The position numbers were made by a program, and so were the translations under genes. Below the pieces are notes generated by a model. The model made no database searches. It was not told where the DNA came from and saw only the letters and a program-made list of their open reading frames with translations. 64,000 nt of DNA, from NCBI GenBank assembly GCA_963667845.2, contig CAXXVL010000001.1:960001-1024000 (forward strand). The letters run 5' to 3'. The stretch comes from Smithellaceae bacterium (GTDB lineage: Bacteria; Desulfobacterota; Syntrophia; Syntrophales; Smithellaceae). Below, piece by piece: positions 9,687 through 20,307 of the stretch (position 1 is the first letter of the stretch; each line of letters starts with the position of its first letter).

Positions 9687-10553
9687 TTACCCCGAAACAT
9701 GTACCAAGTTTAAATTGAGTCTTTGGTCCTGTAGCATAGTTTGATGTTCTTTGACAAATTCATAAGGCGTTCTGTCTCCGAGAGAGCTGTGCGGGCGCTC
9801 TTCGTTGTATTCAATGCGCCACTTCTCTATGAGATATTGTGCATGCTTGAGATTTAGAAACCAATGCTCATTAAGACATTCATCCCGCGGTTTGCCATTG
9901 AAACTCTCGATAAATCCATTGTCCATCGGTTTCCCCGGTCGCGTATACTGGAGGTGAATTCTTCTTTGTTCAGCCCATTGCTGAAAATGTTTCCCCGTAA
10001 ATTCTGGCCCATGATCTACACGAATAGATCCCGGATAGCCTTGAATCACTGCACGTTGGTCCAAAAAGGCGGTTACCCTGTGTCCGGGAATTGATGCTTG
10101 CGCCAAAAGTCCAGGGCATGCCCTGGTATAATCATCCACGATAGTCAATACCCTGAGTTTCCGGCCATCAGTGCAAGAATCATGGACAAAGTCCATAGAC
10201 CATATCTCATTGGGTGTGGTTGCCTCGGGCAAAGGAACCCGGAGAAAAATCCCCCGTTTCTTTTTTCTCTTCCTGCGAATGGACAAGCTTTCTTCGGCAT
10301 AGATCCGCTCGGTCCGTTTGTGGTTTTTAACCAGCTTTTCTTTCTTCAGCAAAGTGTGAAGCCGGGGGCTTCCGTATCGTTTATGTTTATTGGCCGGTGC
10401 CCTCATTCTTTTTCGCAGATCCTGATCGTCTTTCCTGGTCTCCTGATAGCGGTTCGCCGATCTGGAAAGACTCACCAAGCGGCAAGCTTTTCGTTCACTT
10501 TGCCCAAAGGCGGAAACCACATGTGTAACCGCGGCTCTCTTCGCTTTGGGCAT
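9687..10553 (-). CDS. IS3 transposase OrfB (DDE/rve domain)
   Basis: [45 protein letters not shown]. Confidence 0.93.
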   Translation of the reverse strand: MPKAKRAAVTHVVSAFGQSERKACRLVSLSRSANRYQETRKDDQDLRKRMRAPANKHKRYGSPRLHTLLKKEKLVKNHKRTERIYAEESLSIRRKRKKKRGIFLRVPLPEATTPNEIWSMDFVHDSCTDGRKLRVLTIVDDYTRACPGLLAQASIPGHRVTAFLDQRAVIQGYPGSIRVDHGPEFTGKHFQQWAEQRRIHLQYTRPGKPMDNGFIESFNGKPRDECLNEHWFLNLKHAQYLIEKWRIEYNEERPHSSLGDRTPYEFVKEHQTMLQDQRLNLNLVHVSG

Positions 10554-10819
10554 TAGAAGTTTTTTCCTAAAAGATCCTTCAGAATCTTATTGTCCAGGCT
10601 TAAATCGGCAACCAGCCCTTTCAGTTTCCGGTTTTCATCTTCCAAGACTTTAAGGCGCATCGCATCGCTGACATCCATGCCGGCGTACTTGCTCTTCCAG
10701 TTATAAAACGTCTGCTCTGATATCCCGTATTTCCGGCATATATCGATGTTCTTGACGCCCATTTCTGATTCTTTGATGATCTTTATGATTTGTTCCGGTG
10801 TAAATCGTTTCCCTTTCAT
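10553..10819 (-). CDS. IS3 transposase OrfA (HTH)
   Basis: [12 protein letters not shown]...[21 protein letters not shown]...LEDENRKLK. Confidence 0.93.
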   Translation of the reverse strand: MKGKRFTPEQIIKIIKESEMGVKNIDICRKYGISEQTFYNWKSKYAGMDVSDAMRLKVLEDENRKLKGLVADLSLDNKILKDLLGKNF

Positions 10820-10900
10820 CCGATCGTTCTCTCTTTCTGATTTCATTATTATCAGGAAGGACTCAAATTGAAAATGGATCAGTTTTCGGGGGGAAGGTCA

Positions 10901-11494
10901 GGCGCGTAACTAGAAATCATTTTTGTTTGCATAACCAAACATTATTCTCTCATGATTTCGAAATCAATTTGTAATGTTTTGTTAAATTCAACGCTTTATC
11001 TATTAGCACTTCGATTGGGTTTAATAACATATGAATCACTGAAAAATATAAATAATGAAAATTGAAAAACTGAAAATTGTCGTTAATGTGGCAAAAAAGA
11101 TGAACAAAATGATACTGATAAATATTCGAAGTTGTCGGGACATTGATGAACAAGATCTTGTTGATGCAAGCTACATCAATTAATGCCAGGTGAAAAAAAA
11201 GGAAAGAGGGGCGTTGTGTCAAATATTATTGGAATTGATATTAGCCGTATTGATGAGGTTATCAGAAGAAAATTTGTGGCAAAAAAATACCATGACGACA
11301 TTTTAATAGCTTTGTGTGTAATATTTCGCGGAATAAATATATCTTCAAATAAAAATAAAAAAGTTGATATGGATTTCATAAAAAGACAGCTTCCATTAAA
11401 TTTGGAGTTGTATTTACTGCTCAAAAAGCCAGAGGCCGAATTAGCCAAAAAAATCAAACAAGCTTTCTCGGAGATTATAGCCAAATTCTTCTAA
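10901..11494 (+). pseudogene. Truncated, degraded gene fragment next to the IS (possibly the C-terminus of a solute-binding protein)
   Basis: Very AT-rich. The C-terminal ORF ends ELYLLLKKPEAELAKKIKQAFSEI, has no credible start, and the upstream frame is broken. Confidence 0.3.
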
Positions 11495-11543
11495 TATTTA
11501 GATAGAGATAAATATCTGCTTTCTACTCCTTTTGCTGTCATCT

Positions 11544-12263
11544 TTATTCTGTGTATGCATCATATTCCACCAGCAGAACAGTGATGTCATCCTGTGAGCC
11601 TTTTGTGCGGGCGCGTCGAGCGAGGTCTTCGACGGCTTTTTTGAGATCGTCGCCGTGTTCCTCGACAATAGCCGCGGCTGCGGCGGGATTGTATGTTTTC
11701 GTAATGCCGTCGGAGATCAGCAGGATGCGATCGTAGTTTCTCAGTGAGTGATTGGTGACATCTATTTGTAAATTGGCACCCAGGCCGAAATAGCGATAAA
11801 TGGCACCATCAAGTTCGTGAAGATGGGTCAATTGGGTTGCTTTTCCGTCCCGAATCAGTAAGGCAACCGTATCGCCGGCGTGAAAGACGAAGAGTTTTTT
11901 ATCATGAATCCAGATAACGCTTCCCGCGCAGCCACCAAGAGGGCGATCTGTTCCGGGCATGAATCCCCAGTCGAAGACCTCTTTATTCGCCGAAAAAAGC
12001 AGATCATGGATGCCTTCCCATGTGACGGCACAGGATTCGGGGCGTGAGTAATATGTGAGTAGCGCATCACACATATGCTGGGCGGAATGCATCCCCTCCG
12101 GCGCACTTCCGATACCGTCGAAAACAGCAAATATTTCTCCGCGTTCTTGACGTTTAACCACACGTTTTGTCAGGGGAAAGAGAGCGTAACGGTCTTCACA
12201 ATGTTTGTGTTTCGGCCCTTTGGAAAAGGCGACGGCGGCACATCCAAGTCTTTCTGATTCCAT
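11544..12263 (-). CDS. PP2C/PPM-family protein Ser/Thr phosphatase
   Basis: CEDRY, FAVFDGIG, HAGDT, LISDGI, DDITVLLV; RBS aggaggt. Confidence 0.9.
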   Translation of the reverse strand: MESERLGCAAVAFSKGPKHKHCEDRYALFPLTKRVVKRQERGEIFAVFDGIGSAPEGMHSAQHMCDALLTYYSRPESCAVTWEGIHDLLFSANKEVFDWGFMPGTDRPLGGCAGSVIWIHDKKLFVFHAGDTVALLIRDGKATQLTHLHELDGAIYRYFGLGANLQIDVTNHSLRNYDRILLISDGITKTYNPAAAAAIVEEHGDDLKKAVEDLARRARTKGSQDDITVLLVEYDAYTE

Positions 12264-12660
12264 GAAGTCAGATACCTCCTTTATTGAAAGAATTGTGCAT
12301 GGTGAATGTTTGTTTGATTCATTAGTTTATATAAACGATGTTTAAATAGATAGATAACAGGGAAGTCACCGAATAGTTATAAGTTGCAAAAAAAGCATTC
12401 CCAATTCAAACGTTGTTACAATTTGCATCGCAGTAATTTGAACTAAGGTCACTATCACCACGTTCTTACTAATAATTAATCGCATAATAATTAAGTACTA
12501 TTTGTCCACCTTCCACGAATATTTTGTAATAAAGATGAATTATCCGCGTTTGTAAATCATAACAGACATCAAATAAAAAAATCTTTTTCAGCTGCTGTAA
12601 TTATTCCCGACAAAAGATGTTATTAGTTGTTGACGCGTAAACCAATAAAAGTTCGGGTGG

Positions 12661-12790
12661 AAATTGATCTTATCAAAAAGAGAAATTTAAAATATTGAGC
12701 TGCTTAAAAAAGTCAATACCTCATGGGAAATCGCAAGGATTTTTAAAGGTAAGTGAGCGAACTGTAAATATTCATGTCAACTATGACAGG
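12661..12790 (+). pseudogene. Remnant of a LuxR-type HTH regulator
   Basis: Across frameshifts it reads LSKRE.../NTSWEIARIF/VSERTVNIHVN, the LuxR C-terminal HTH signature. Confidence 0.65.
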
Positions 12791-12918
12791 TTACAGAAAG
12801 TATTATTTGTTTTAATAACCGTTCGCAATTGAAAAAATATCAAACGAAAATATTATTTCAGACACTGTTATTTACCTCAATAATAAACGTTATTAGGTTT
12901 AAAGAGTAAGTCAATGAG

Positions 12919-13923
12919 GTGGAATGGATGAGGCAGTATGGTATTCGTACAGAAAGAGGCTCGCTGTCGGTTTACGTATTAGCGCCGGAGAGATTCAACG
13001 GTGAATACGATAAAAGAAGTCCGCTTTATGTTCTGGGAACGCTGATGGTCAGTAGTCTGGCCATGATGGGTAATCTGTGCAAGGCATTATATAGAAGATC
13101 CAGAAACGGGTACGGTCCGTTGGGCAGATATCTCAGTGAGATGGGGCGGGATGAAGAACATGTGTCAAGTTTTGCCGTGGACCGTTTCAGCCGGTTCAAT
13201 CATCAGGCCAAGTATGGTGCGGCCGGGTGGCGCTCACTTGATATGTTTTATAACTACCATGAGAAAATCAAACCCCAACTGAACGGTGATTTTGAGGGCT
13301 GGCTAACCCGTCACTGGATGGGCAAGTTTGAAAACCGTCAGGCTGTAACCAACCGATTTAAAATTTCCATCAATACACTGGTTAAGGCTATCGAGAACTT
13401 TGCGGCGGAAAAAGAAATCCGGATTCTTTCCCTTGCCTCCGGCTCCGTGCAGGCCGCGGTGGAAGCCATGAAGAAGTGCCCGCAACTGAATGTCAAAGCC
13501 GTGTTGATTGAAGCGGATATCAGCGCGATTGAAGAAGCGAAAAAGCTTGTAGTGGAAGCCGGGTTTAATGATCATTTTTCCTTTGTTCACGATACGAGCA
13601 ATGCGCTGGAAAAAGTTACCGGGGCATTTATGCCGCATATCATTGAGATGGTGGGATTCCTGGACTACTGTCCCCGCCAGCAAGCCATTGCCTTGATTAA
13701 TCGCATTAGAATGAGATTGCCTGTCGGCAGTGTATTCATTACCTGCAATATCCGCCCCAACCGGGAAAAGATATTCCTCGACTGGGTGCTACTGTGGCCG
13801 ATGATCTATCGCACCGAGCATGAATTGGCGGACCTGATCGTTAAAGGCGGTTTTTCACCGAAAAAGACGCAATTGATTTATGAGCCGTTTCAGATTCACG
13901 GCATCGCTGTGTGTAGGAAATAG
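12919..13923 (+). CDS. Class I SAM-dependent methyltransferase-like protein
   Basis: RILSLASGS (motif I-like), VLIEADISAI, IIEMVGFLDY. Confidence 0.7.
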   Translation: MEWMRQYGIRTERGSLSVYVLAPERFNGEYDKRSPLYVLGTLMVSSLAMMGNLCKALYRRSRNGYGPLGRYLSEMGRDEEHVSSFAVDRFSRFNHQAKYGAAGWRSLDMFYNYHEKIKPQLNGDFEGWLTRHWMGKFENRQAVTNRFKISINTLVKAIENFAAEKEIRILSLASGSVQAAVEAMKKCPQLNVKAVLIEADISAIEEAKKLVVEAGFNDHFSFVHDTSNALEKVTGAFMPHIIEMVGFLDYCPRQQAIALINRIRMRLPVGSVFITCNIRPNREKIFLDWVLLWPMIYRTEHELADLIVKGGFSPKKTQLIYEPFQIHGIAVCRK

Positions 13924-13949
13924 ATATGGGTTACGGTGAGAAGGTATTT

Positions 13950-14315
13950 ATGGCAACCATCATTCAGATTGATTTTAAACTAATAGATGAAAGAGTTAAA
14001 CATTACCTTAAGGTAAAAAAAAGGCAAAAGAAAATCTCGACGGGTGATGTTATTGCCCTGCTGACGGTTTTGGAAGGAGCCTCTTTCCCATCTGTTCCTG
14101 ACAGAATCAACGAACCGGAGGAACAAATTGATTATAGGAAGGTTCAGTCATCTTTATCGAATCAAGGTAATCCCCTTTGTAAGACCTTTACCAAACTAGA
14201 ATATTGGTTTCAGATCTCACAGATAATCAATGGTGAAAAGTTAGAGGCAAACCAGGCAAGAACGGAACTTGCAAAAATTATGGTAAACTTTATATGCCGA
14301 AGCAAAACAATATAG
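13950..14315 (+). CDS. Hypothetical protein
   Basis: ORF in an operon-like array; RBS aaggt before ATG 13950. Confidence 0.55.
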   Translation: MATIIQIDFKLIDERVKHYLKVKKRQKKISTGDVIALLTVLEGASFPSVPDRINEPEEQIDYRKVQSSLSNQGNPLCKTFTKLEYWFQISQIINGEKLEANQARTELAKIMVNFICRSKTI

Positions 14316-14770
14316 TCTCTCCAATAATTATATCGCATAGAATATTACTTGTTGAAGACGACCAAGAACGCGTAAACACGTTAATTTCTTATATGCCGAA
14401 ATATGTCAAGGTAGTACATGGTGTATCGGCGGGCAGAGCGATTGGTATTTTAAGAGTTGATCATAGAACCCGCAGGGACAAGTCGCCTTATTGTGGTATT
14501 ATGCTTGATCATGATCTGCAAGAACAAATCGTTTGTATAGAAGACGGCCAGTTATCCGGCATGAACGTAGAGGACGTTATCATAAATTGTGTTCCTCGCA
14601 ATGTTCCCAGCCTTGTCCACTCAATGAATCTATCTGAAGCACCTATGATGGTCAAGAAGCTCAAAAGTGCCGGTTTTAGTGTTACAAGGATGCCGATGAG
14701 GGAAATGACTGAAGCAAAGCTTTTAGCGTGGCTGGAGGATGAGTGTGAAATCAATGATGATAATATCTAA
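14294..14770 (+). CDS. Stand-alone atypical receiver domain (cyclic-phosphate-processing receiver-like)
   Basis: ILLVEDD, MLDHDL and LVHSMN motifs, characteristic of the LDHDL/HSxN receiver clade. Confidence 0.7.
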   Translation: MPKQNNIVSPIIISHRILLVEDDQERVNTLISYMPKYVKVVHGVSAGRAIGILRVDHRTRRDKSPYCGIMLDHDLQEQIVCIEDGQLSGMNVEDVIINCVPRNVPSLVHSMNLSEAPMMVKKLKSAGFSVTRMPMREMTEAKLLAWLEDECEINDDNI

Positions 14771-15347
14771 GATTCGACAGCTTGATACGAGACTGATCCA
14801 TGATTTCAAAGAAACCTATTTGAAAACGCCGGAAGAAGGCTTTTCTGAACGTATACAGATGACCACATTTGCGGTTGCATCTATATTAATCACTCTTGCT
14901 CACGAATTAATATACATGATCGCAATATTTTCTGCTAGCAGCATCTTTTTCTCTACATGGGCAATCTATACGTGGCGCACGTTTTATATCTTGACGAAAG
15001 AGGGGAAAAATATGGACGAACCATTTTTTATCTATGGTCCTGTAAGTCCACTTAGAATCTGCGCTTTCATCCCGGCTGTCATTTTTATGTTTTTATTATT
15101 TATTATGCCGCGTATGATACCAGCTATGCCTGAATGTACCTGGCATAAAACTGTAATCAGACCAATCAGTATCTTATACTCTATTGCCCTTTCAATTGTA
15201 ATGGTGGAGTTTATCCGATTTGTCGGTGCTCATAAGAATTGGAATCTGAGCCGTCATTTTATGTATGTCTTTTTGTTAATGGTTGTGAGTTTTATTTACT
15301 TTGTCTTCATCACACACAGGATGTACAATATCCACTATGAATTTTAA
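14739..15347 (+). CDS. Hypothetical membrane protein (~5 TM); start uncertain
   Basis: Several long hydrophobic segments. Confidence 0.65.
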   Translation: MSVKSMMIISKIRQLDTRLIHDFKETYLKTPEEGFSERIQMTTFAVASILITLAHELIYMIAIFSASSIFFSTWAIYTWRTFYILTKEGKNMDEPFFIYGPVSPLRICAFIPAVIFMFLLFIMPRMIPAMPECTWHKTVIRPISILYSIALSIVMVEFIRFVGAHKNWNLSRHFMYVFLLMVVSFIYFVFITHRMYNIHYEF

Positions 15348-15362
15348 TTTAGAGACAATAAA

Positions 15363-16871
15363 ATGAAAAATGCTTCGTTTGAAATACCTTACCGGCTGGA
15401 CACGGTTGAAGACATAAAAAAGGCTCTGAACAGTAATCTCCTTGGAATGAGATCTGATTATCGAAACCTCATGGCCTGGGCTGAAAAAGCAACTCTTCAT
15501 CATCCTCCGGCCCTTACTCAGGCCAAGAATAAGGTTACTAAGGAGTTTGTGAAAATACATGAGGAAAAAATCAAGGATGTCAAAATCTCTTTTCATCAGG
15601 TTGCCAATCTGCCGTTGGTGGACTATTACCCATTGATCATAGGTGCTATTCCCTGGGTTCAAAAAATTGCTTGTCATGAAAACTTGTTTCAATATTTTCA
15701 TTCCCTACCGGTGGAGATTCGTGAGCGCTGTCTGCTTGTGGCGATTCCGGATTCGCCCACGGGAATGTATGCCGCCGTACTCGCCATCCGCAAACTTTTG
15801 CGACGGGAAATGGTCGTTTATCTGAAGGCCCAAAAGACATCAATGCTCAGCCTCACGCAATTAAAACAGAGCCTTGTTGCCTTAACCATATTCGCGGCAA
15901 ATAACGAGGATATCCTCAGTGCCATGAAAACAGAAAAAACAGATGCGAGCGTCCAGATTCATCAAAATGCTGTGGCGGAGATTCTTTTTGCAAGATTGCC
16001 GCAAACAATTCGCGGATTGTTGGCCAAAGAGGTTGGCAACCTGGCCCAAAAACTGTCTTCAAAGATGTCCAAACTCAACTTTACATCACGCCATATTATG
16101 AACTTGATGGGCTACGTCAAACCAAACATGACTTTTGATGACCTGTTGATAGCTATGGACAGGATTGATGGTGTGGCCATGAAAATATCCGCCCCCCAGG
16201 AATCAAAAGACAGACTTCATGATTATATAGGGTCGCTGAAGAGAAACATACAACGCGCTCCCTTGCTTTACAGAACCCTTTTCCTCACGGGGGAGCTGGA
16301 CAAATATCAGCAGCTTTATCGTCCTACAAAGGTCATGTGTTCTGAAGAAACTGTGAATACTAGGACCGTCAATCACTTTACAAGACTCAGTACACTGGAT
16401 TTCTATCCTACCAAAGACTATCTTGATTATCTTAAAGGAAGTATCTCCAATGATTGCACCGGGACTTCACTTGGAGAAAAGCATTTGTTGACACCACAGT
16501 TCTTCAATATCCGGATATTCAAGAATGAAGATTGGATTGGCAATATATACATGCTTGATTTCTGTCAGGACCAAGGGGCATTACTCATCGATCGCATACA
16601 GATTTCCAGAAGCCTTAATGTCTTTTATGGTCAATTTTTTGATTACCTCAGAGATATGCTAATCGAGATGTTCAATAGCGTTCAATATAGATACATCCTG
16701 ATGCCTTTAACTATTTCCAATCATGAAACGATACAAAAGATTTTCAACGAATACAGAAAAGGGTTATCCAAAAAAACCAAGCTGCATGATTCTTCATATA
16801 GCATGTATTTTGAAAGCCTGAGAGGCAGAAAATCCTATTATGTGCTATATGAACGGCCAGAGGAGAGATAG
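15363..16871 (+). CDS. Hypothetical 502-aa protein
   Basis: Long ORF with no family I can name. The C-terminal part has SNDCT and LLIDRIQ motifs. Confidence 0.75.
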   Translation: MKNASFEIPYRLDTVEDIKKALNSNLLGMRSDYRNLMAWAEKATLHHPPALTQAKNKVTKEFVKIHEEKIKDVKISFHQVANLPLVDYYPLIIGAIPWVQKIACHENLFQYFHSLPVEIRERCLLVAIPDSPTGMYAAVLAIRKLLRREMVVYLKAQKTSMLSLTQLKQSLVALTIFAANNEDILSAMKTEKTDASVQIHQNAVAEILFARLPQTIRGLLAKEVGNLAQKLSSKMSKLNFTSRHIMNLMGYVKPNMTFDDLLIAMDRIDGVAMKISAPQESKDRLHDYIGSLKRNIQRAPLLYRTLFLTGELDKYQQLYRPTKVMCSEETVNTRTVNHFTRLSTLDFYPTKDYLDYLKGSISNDCTGTSLGEKHLLTPQFFNIRIFKNEDWIGNIYMLDFCQDQGALLIDRIQISRSLNVFYGQFFDYLRDMLIEMFNSVQYRYILMPLTISNHETIQKIFNEYRKGLSKKTKLHDSSYSMYFESLRGRKSYYVLYERPEER

Positions 16872-16947
16872 TAAAAAGAATTGGCTGATCATTATCTTGA
16901 CTGATTGAAGATTCCTGTGCAAACTATAAACAGATGAACGTGTCGGG

Positions 16948-17268
16948 ATGGTTATGAACGAAGAACAAATTAAATCAGACGAAAATGTTGCTGAAAAAGA
17001 GCGACTGGAGACTAAAGAACCCTCACTCTATCGGGTAATCCTTCTTAACGATGACTATACCTCCATGGAATTCGTAATCCATGTGCTGGAAACTGTGTTC
17101 CACAAGTCGCCAGCTGAGGCTACCCAGATAATGCTGAGCATACATAAAAAAGGGGCTGGCATATGTGGTATATATACTTATGAGATTGCCGAGACAAAGG
17201 TAGTAACAGTACATGAAATGGCAGTTAAAAATAAATTCCCGTTGAAATGTACGATGGAGAAGGAATGA
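16948..17268 (+). CDS. clpS: ATP-dependent Clp protease adaptor ClpS
   Basis: [19 protein letters not shown]...IAETKV...[10 protein letters not shown]. Confidence 0.97.
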   Translation: MVMNEEQIKSDENVAEKERLETKEPSLYRVILLNDDYTSMEFVIHVLETVFHKSPAEATQIMLSIHKKGAGICGIYTYEIAETKVVTVHEMAVKNKFPLKCTMEKE

Positions 17269-19533
17269 TCAATAAAGAGCTGAGCATGTTGCTGGATGCG
17301 ACCGTAAAAGATGCAAAAAAAACGGCGGCATGAGTACCTTACCGCCGAGCATATCCTGTATGCGCTCATCCATGATGAACTAGGCATAGATATCATAACG
17401 GGCTGTGGTGGCGATGTCGGCAGAATAAAGGAGGCCATCGAGGCATTCTTCGCAAAGAACATGCCCGTCCTGCCTCCGGGTAAGAGATCAGACCCTATGC
17501 CTGCCCTCGGGTTCCAGAGGGTTATTCAGCAGGCTATAATCCATGTCCAATCAGCTGAGAAGGCAGAGGTTGAGGCAGGCGACCTGCTTGCAGCGCTTTA
17601 TAGTGAACCCGATTCCTTTGCCGCGAATTTTCTCGAGCAGGAAGGCATCACGCGTCTTGATATACTTAATTACATTTCCCACGGCATCGCCGGCTATATA
17701 GAAAATGAACGCAGCGGATCGCCGTTTGAAGAACCGAAGCACGAATCAGACCCCGCCCAAGTGGAGCCGAAGCGGCCCGTGTCAAAAGATCCCTTGAAAC
17801 TTTATACCATTAACCTGATCGAAAAGGCTGCTGCAGGGGAGATCGACCCCCTGGTAGGTCGCGAAGACGAACTTACGCGCACCATACAGGTGCTCTGCAG
17901 GCGGCGGAAGAACAACATCGTGTTTGTCGGAGAACCTGGCGTCGGCAAGACCGCACTTGTCGAAGGTCTTGCACTGAATATACACAAGGGATCTGTCCCT
18001 GATCCTCTTAAAGATACAATCATTTACTCGCTCGATATGGGAGCACTACTTGCGGGCACGAAATACCGGGGCGATTTCGAAGCACGCCTGAAAGCGACGA
18101 TCAGTGAATTAGCCAAGATCCCCGGCGTCATCCTCTTCATCGATGAGATTCATACAATCGTCGGAGCGGGAGCCACAAGCGGCGGTTCAATGGATGCATC
18201 GAATATATTGAAGCCGGTGCTGAATTCCGGCAAGCTGCGCTGCATTGGCGCCAGCACGTATGAGGAATTCAAAAACCATTTTGAGAAAGACCGTGCCCTT
18301 TCGAGGCGGTTCCAGAAGATAGAAATATTTGAGCCCACCATAGAGGAAACGATTGATATATTGAAAGGTCTGCGTTCTTATTACGAGGATTTCCACGGCG
18401 TCAGTTATACAGACGCTGCTATCAAGGCTGCTACCGAACTCTCGGCAAAATATATAGACGATAAATTTATGCCGGACAAGGCCATTGATGTGATCGATGA
18501 AGCAGGCGCGACGCGAAAACTGATTACTGGCGGCAAAAGCAAACTTGTTGTCGGCGTAAAGGAAATAGAGCGTATTGTTGCCCATATCGCCAAGATACCT
18601 TCCCTGAGCATATCCACGTCCGACACAGATAAATTGAGGGATCTTGAGACCCAACTCAAGCAGGTGGTCTTTGGACAGGACAGCGCCATCCATTCGCTTG
18701 TCTCTGCCATCAAGAGATCCCGTGCAGGGCTCGGCGCTCCTGAGAAGCCGATTGGCTCCTTTCTCTTTGCGGGGCCTACAGGTGTGGGTAAGACCGAAGT
18801 CTCAAAGCAGATGGCAAATGTACTCGGTGTAAAATTCACCCGCTTCGACATGAGCGAATATATGGAGAAGCACACTGTGGCCAGGCTGATCGGCGCACCA
18901 CCTGGCTATGTTGGCTTTGACCAGGGCGGTATGCTTACCGATGCGATAAGAAAACACCCATACTCTGTGCTGTTGCTGGATGAGATCGAAAAAGCGCACC
19001 CCGATATCTTCAGCATATTGCTGCAAGTGATGGATTACTCCACGCTGACCGACAACAATGGAAAGAAGGCTGACTTCAGGAATGTCATCCTTATTATGAC
19101 CTCCAATGCTGGCACCAAGGAAATGAATATAGGGACTATCGGATTCGGCGACAGAAAAGATGATGCAAGATCAAAGGGCAGCAAAGCGATAAAAAAACTC
19201 TTTAACCCTGAATTCAGAAATCGGCTTGATGCGATCATTACCTTCAACCCGCTTTCCCCCATAGTCATGAAAATGGTAGTCGACAAGTTTATTAATGACC
19301 TGGGCAAGCAGCTCGGAGGGAAAAAGGTCAGGATGGACGTAACCGATGCCGTCAGAGACTGGCTGGCTCAAAAGGGATACGATGATAAATTCGGCGCAAG
19401 GCCACTGGCCAGGCTCATCCAGACAGAGATTAAGGATGCACTCTCCGAGGAGTTGCTCTTCGGCAAATTGAAAAAAGGCGGCAGCGTAACTGTTGACCTT
19501 AAAGAGGGACAGCTTGAATTCAAATATAGTTGA
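17265..19533 (+). CDS. clpA: Clp protease ATP-binding subunit ClpA; +1 frameshift in A8 tract 17315-17322 as assembled
   Basis: ATG overlapping the clpS stop (ATGA) gives [29 protein letters not shown] follows in the next frame. Two AAA+ modules: GEPGVGKT and GPTGVGKT. Confidence 0.93.
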
Positions 19534-19571
19534 TCACTGTAATGCGGAAGTACTTCCTTTAAATTAATAAT

Positions 19572-20246
19572 ATGCCCGTTTATAAACTGACCAAAAAACT
19601 TGTTTTCCCGCCGCCCGAACTGGCCGACGACGACGGCTTGCTCGCGGTTGGCGGCGACCTGAGCGTTGACCGGTTGGTACTCGCCTATTCAATGGGGATC
19701 TTCCCGTGGTATTCTGACAAAGATCCGATACTATGGTGGTCGCCTGATCCTCGCCTCGTTATAATTCCTGAGGAGCTAAAGGTTTCTCGCAGCCTGAGAC
19801 AAACCATTAAAAAAGGCATTTACCGCGTTACAACCAATGCCGCCTTTGAAGACGTTATCAGAAACTGCGCCACCATAAGCAGAAAAGAAGAAGGCACATG
19901 GATAACCGATGATATGATAGAGGCATATATCAGGCTGCATAAGGCGGGTTATGCCCATTCTGTCGAGGCATGGGATGGCGATGAAATTGCTGGCGGTTTC
20001 TATGGACTTATGATGGGCAAGGCTTTTTTCGGGGAATCGATGTTTGCAAAAAAGAGCGACGCATCAAAGGTTGCCTTTGCCACATACGCTTTAGCGCTTG
20101 GGGAAAATGGCTTTGAACTCATCGACTGTCAGGTCACCACAGAGCACATGAAAAGATTCGGTGCGAGAGAAATCCCCCGAACTGAATTTATGAAACGTCT
20201 TGAAAAAGCTCTGGATGTGGGTAAATTCAATTATAATGTAACATAA
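19572..20246 (+). CDS. aat: Leucyl/phenylalanyl-tRNA--protein transferase
   Basis: GLLAVGGDL, YSMGIFPW, WWSPDPR, FFGESMF, DCQ. Confidence 0.97.
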   Translation: MPVYKLTKKLVFPPPELADDDGLLAVGGDLSVDRLVLAYSMGIFPWYSDKDPILWWSPDPRLVIIPEELKVSRSLRQTIKKGIYRVTTNAAFEDVIRNCATISRKEEGTWITDDMIEAYIRLHKAGYAHSVEAWDGDEIAGGFYGLMMGKAFFGESMFAKKSDASKVAFATYALALGENGFELIDCQVTTEHMKRFGAREIPRTEFMKRLEKALDVGKFNYNVT

Positions 20247-20274
20247 AGTATATTTTATAAAGATAACAAAATAG

Positions 20275-20307
20275 GGTAGTGGGCCAGTTTGAAACTGACC
20301 CACTACC
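20275..20307. terminator. Hairpin after aat (probable terminator)
   Basis: ggtagtgggccagttt / aaactgacccactacc inverted repeat with one mismatch. Confidence 0.55.

Larger units (their letters stand above)
9682..10900 (-). mobile_element. IS3-family insertion sequence (1219 bp)
   Basis: TG...CA ends. Imperfect terminal IRs tgaccttaccccgaaac versus the reverse complement tgaccttccccccgaaaac. OrfA/OrfB arrangement with an A6C -1 frameshift motif at 10559-10565. Confidence 0.95.
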
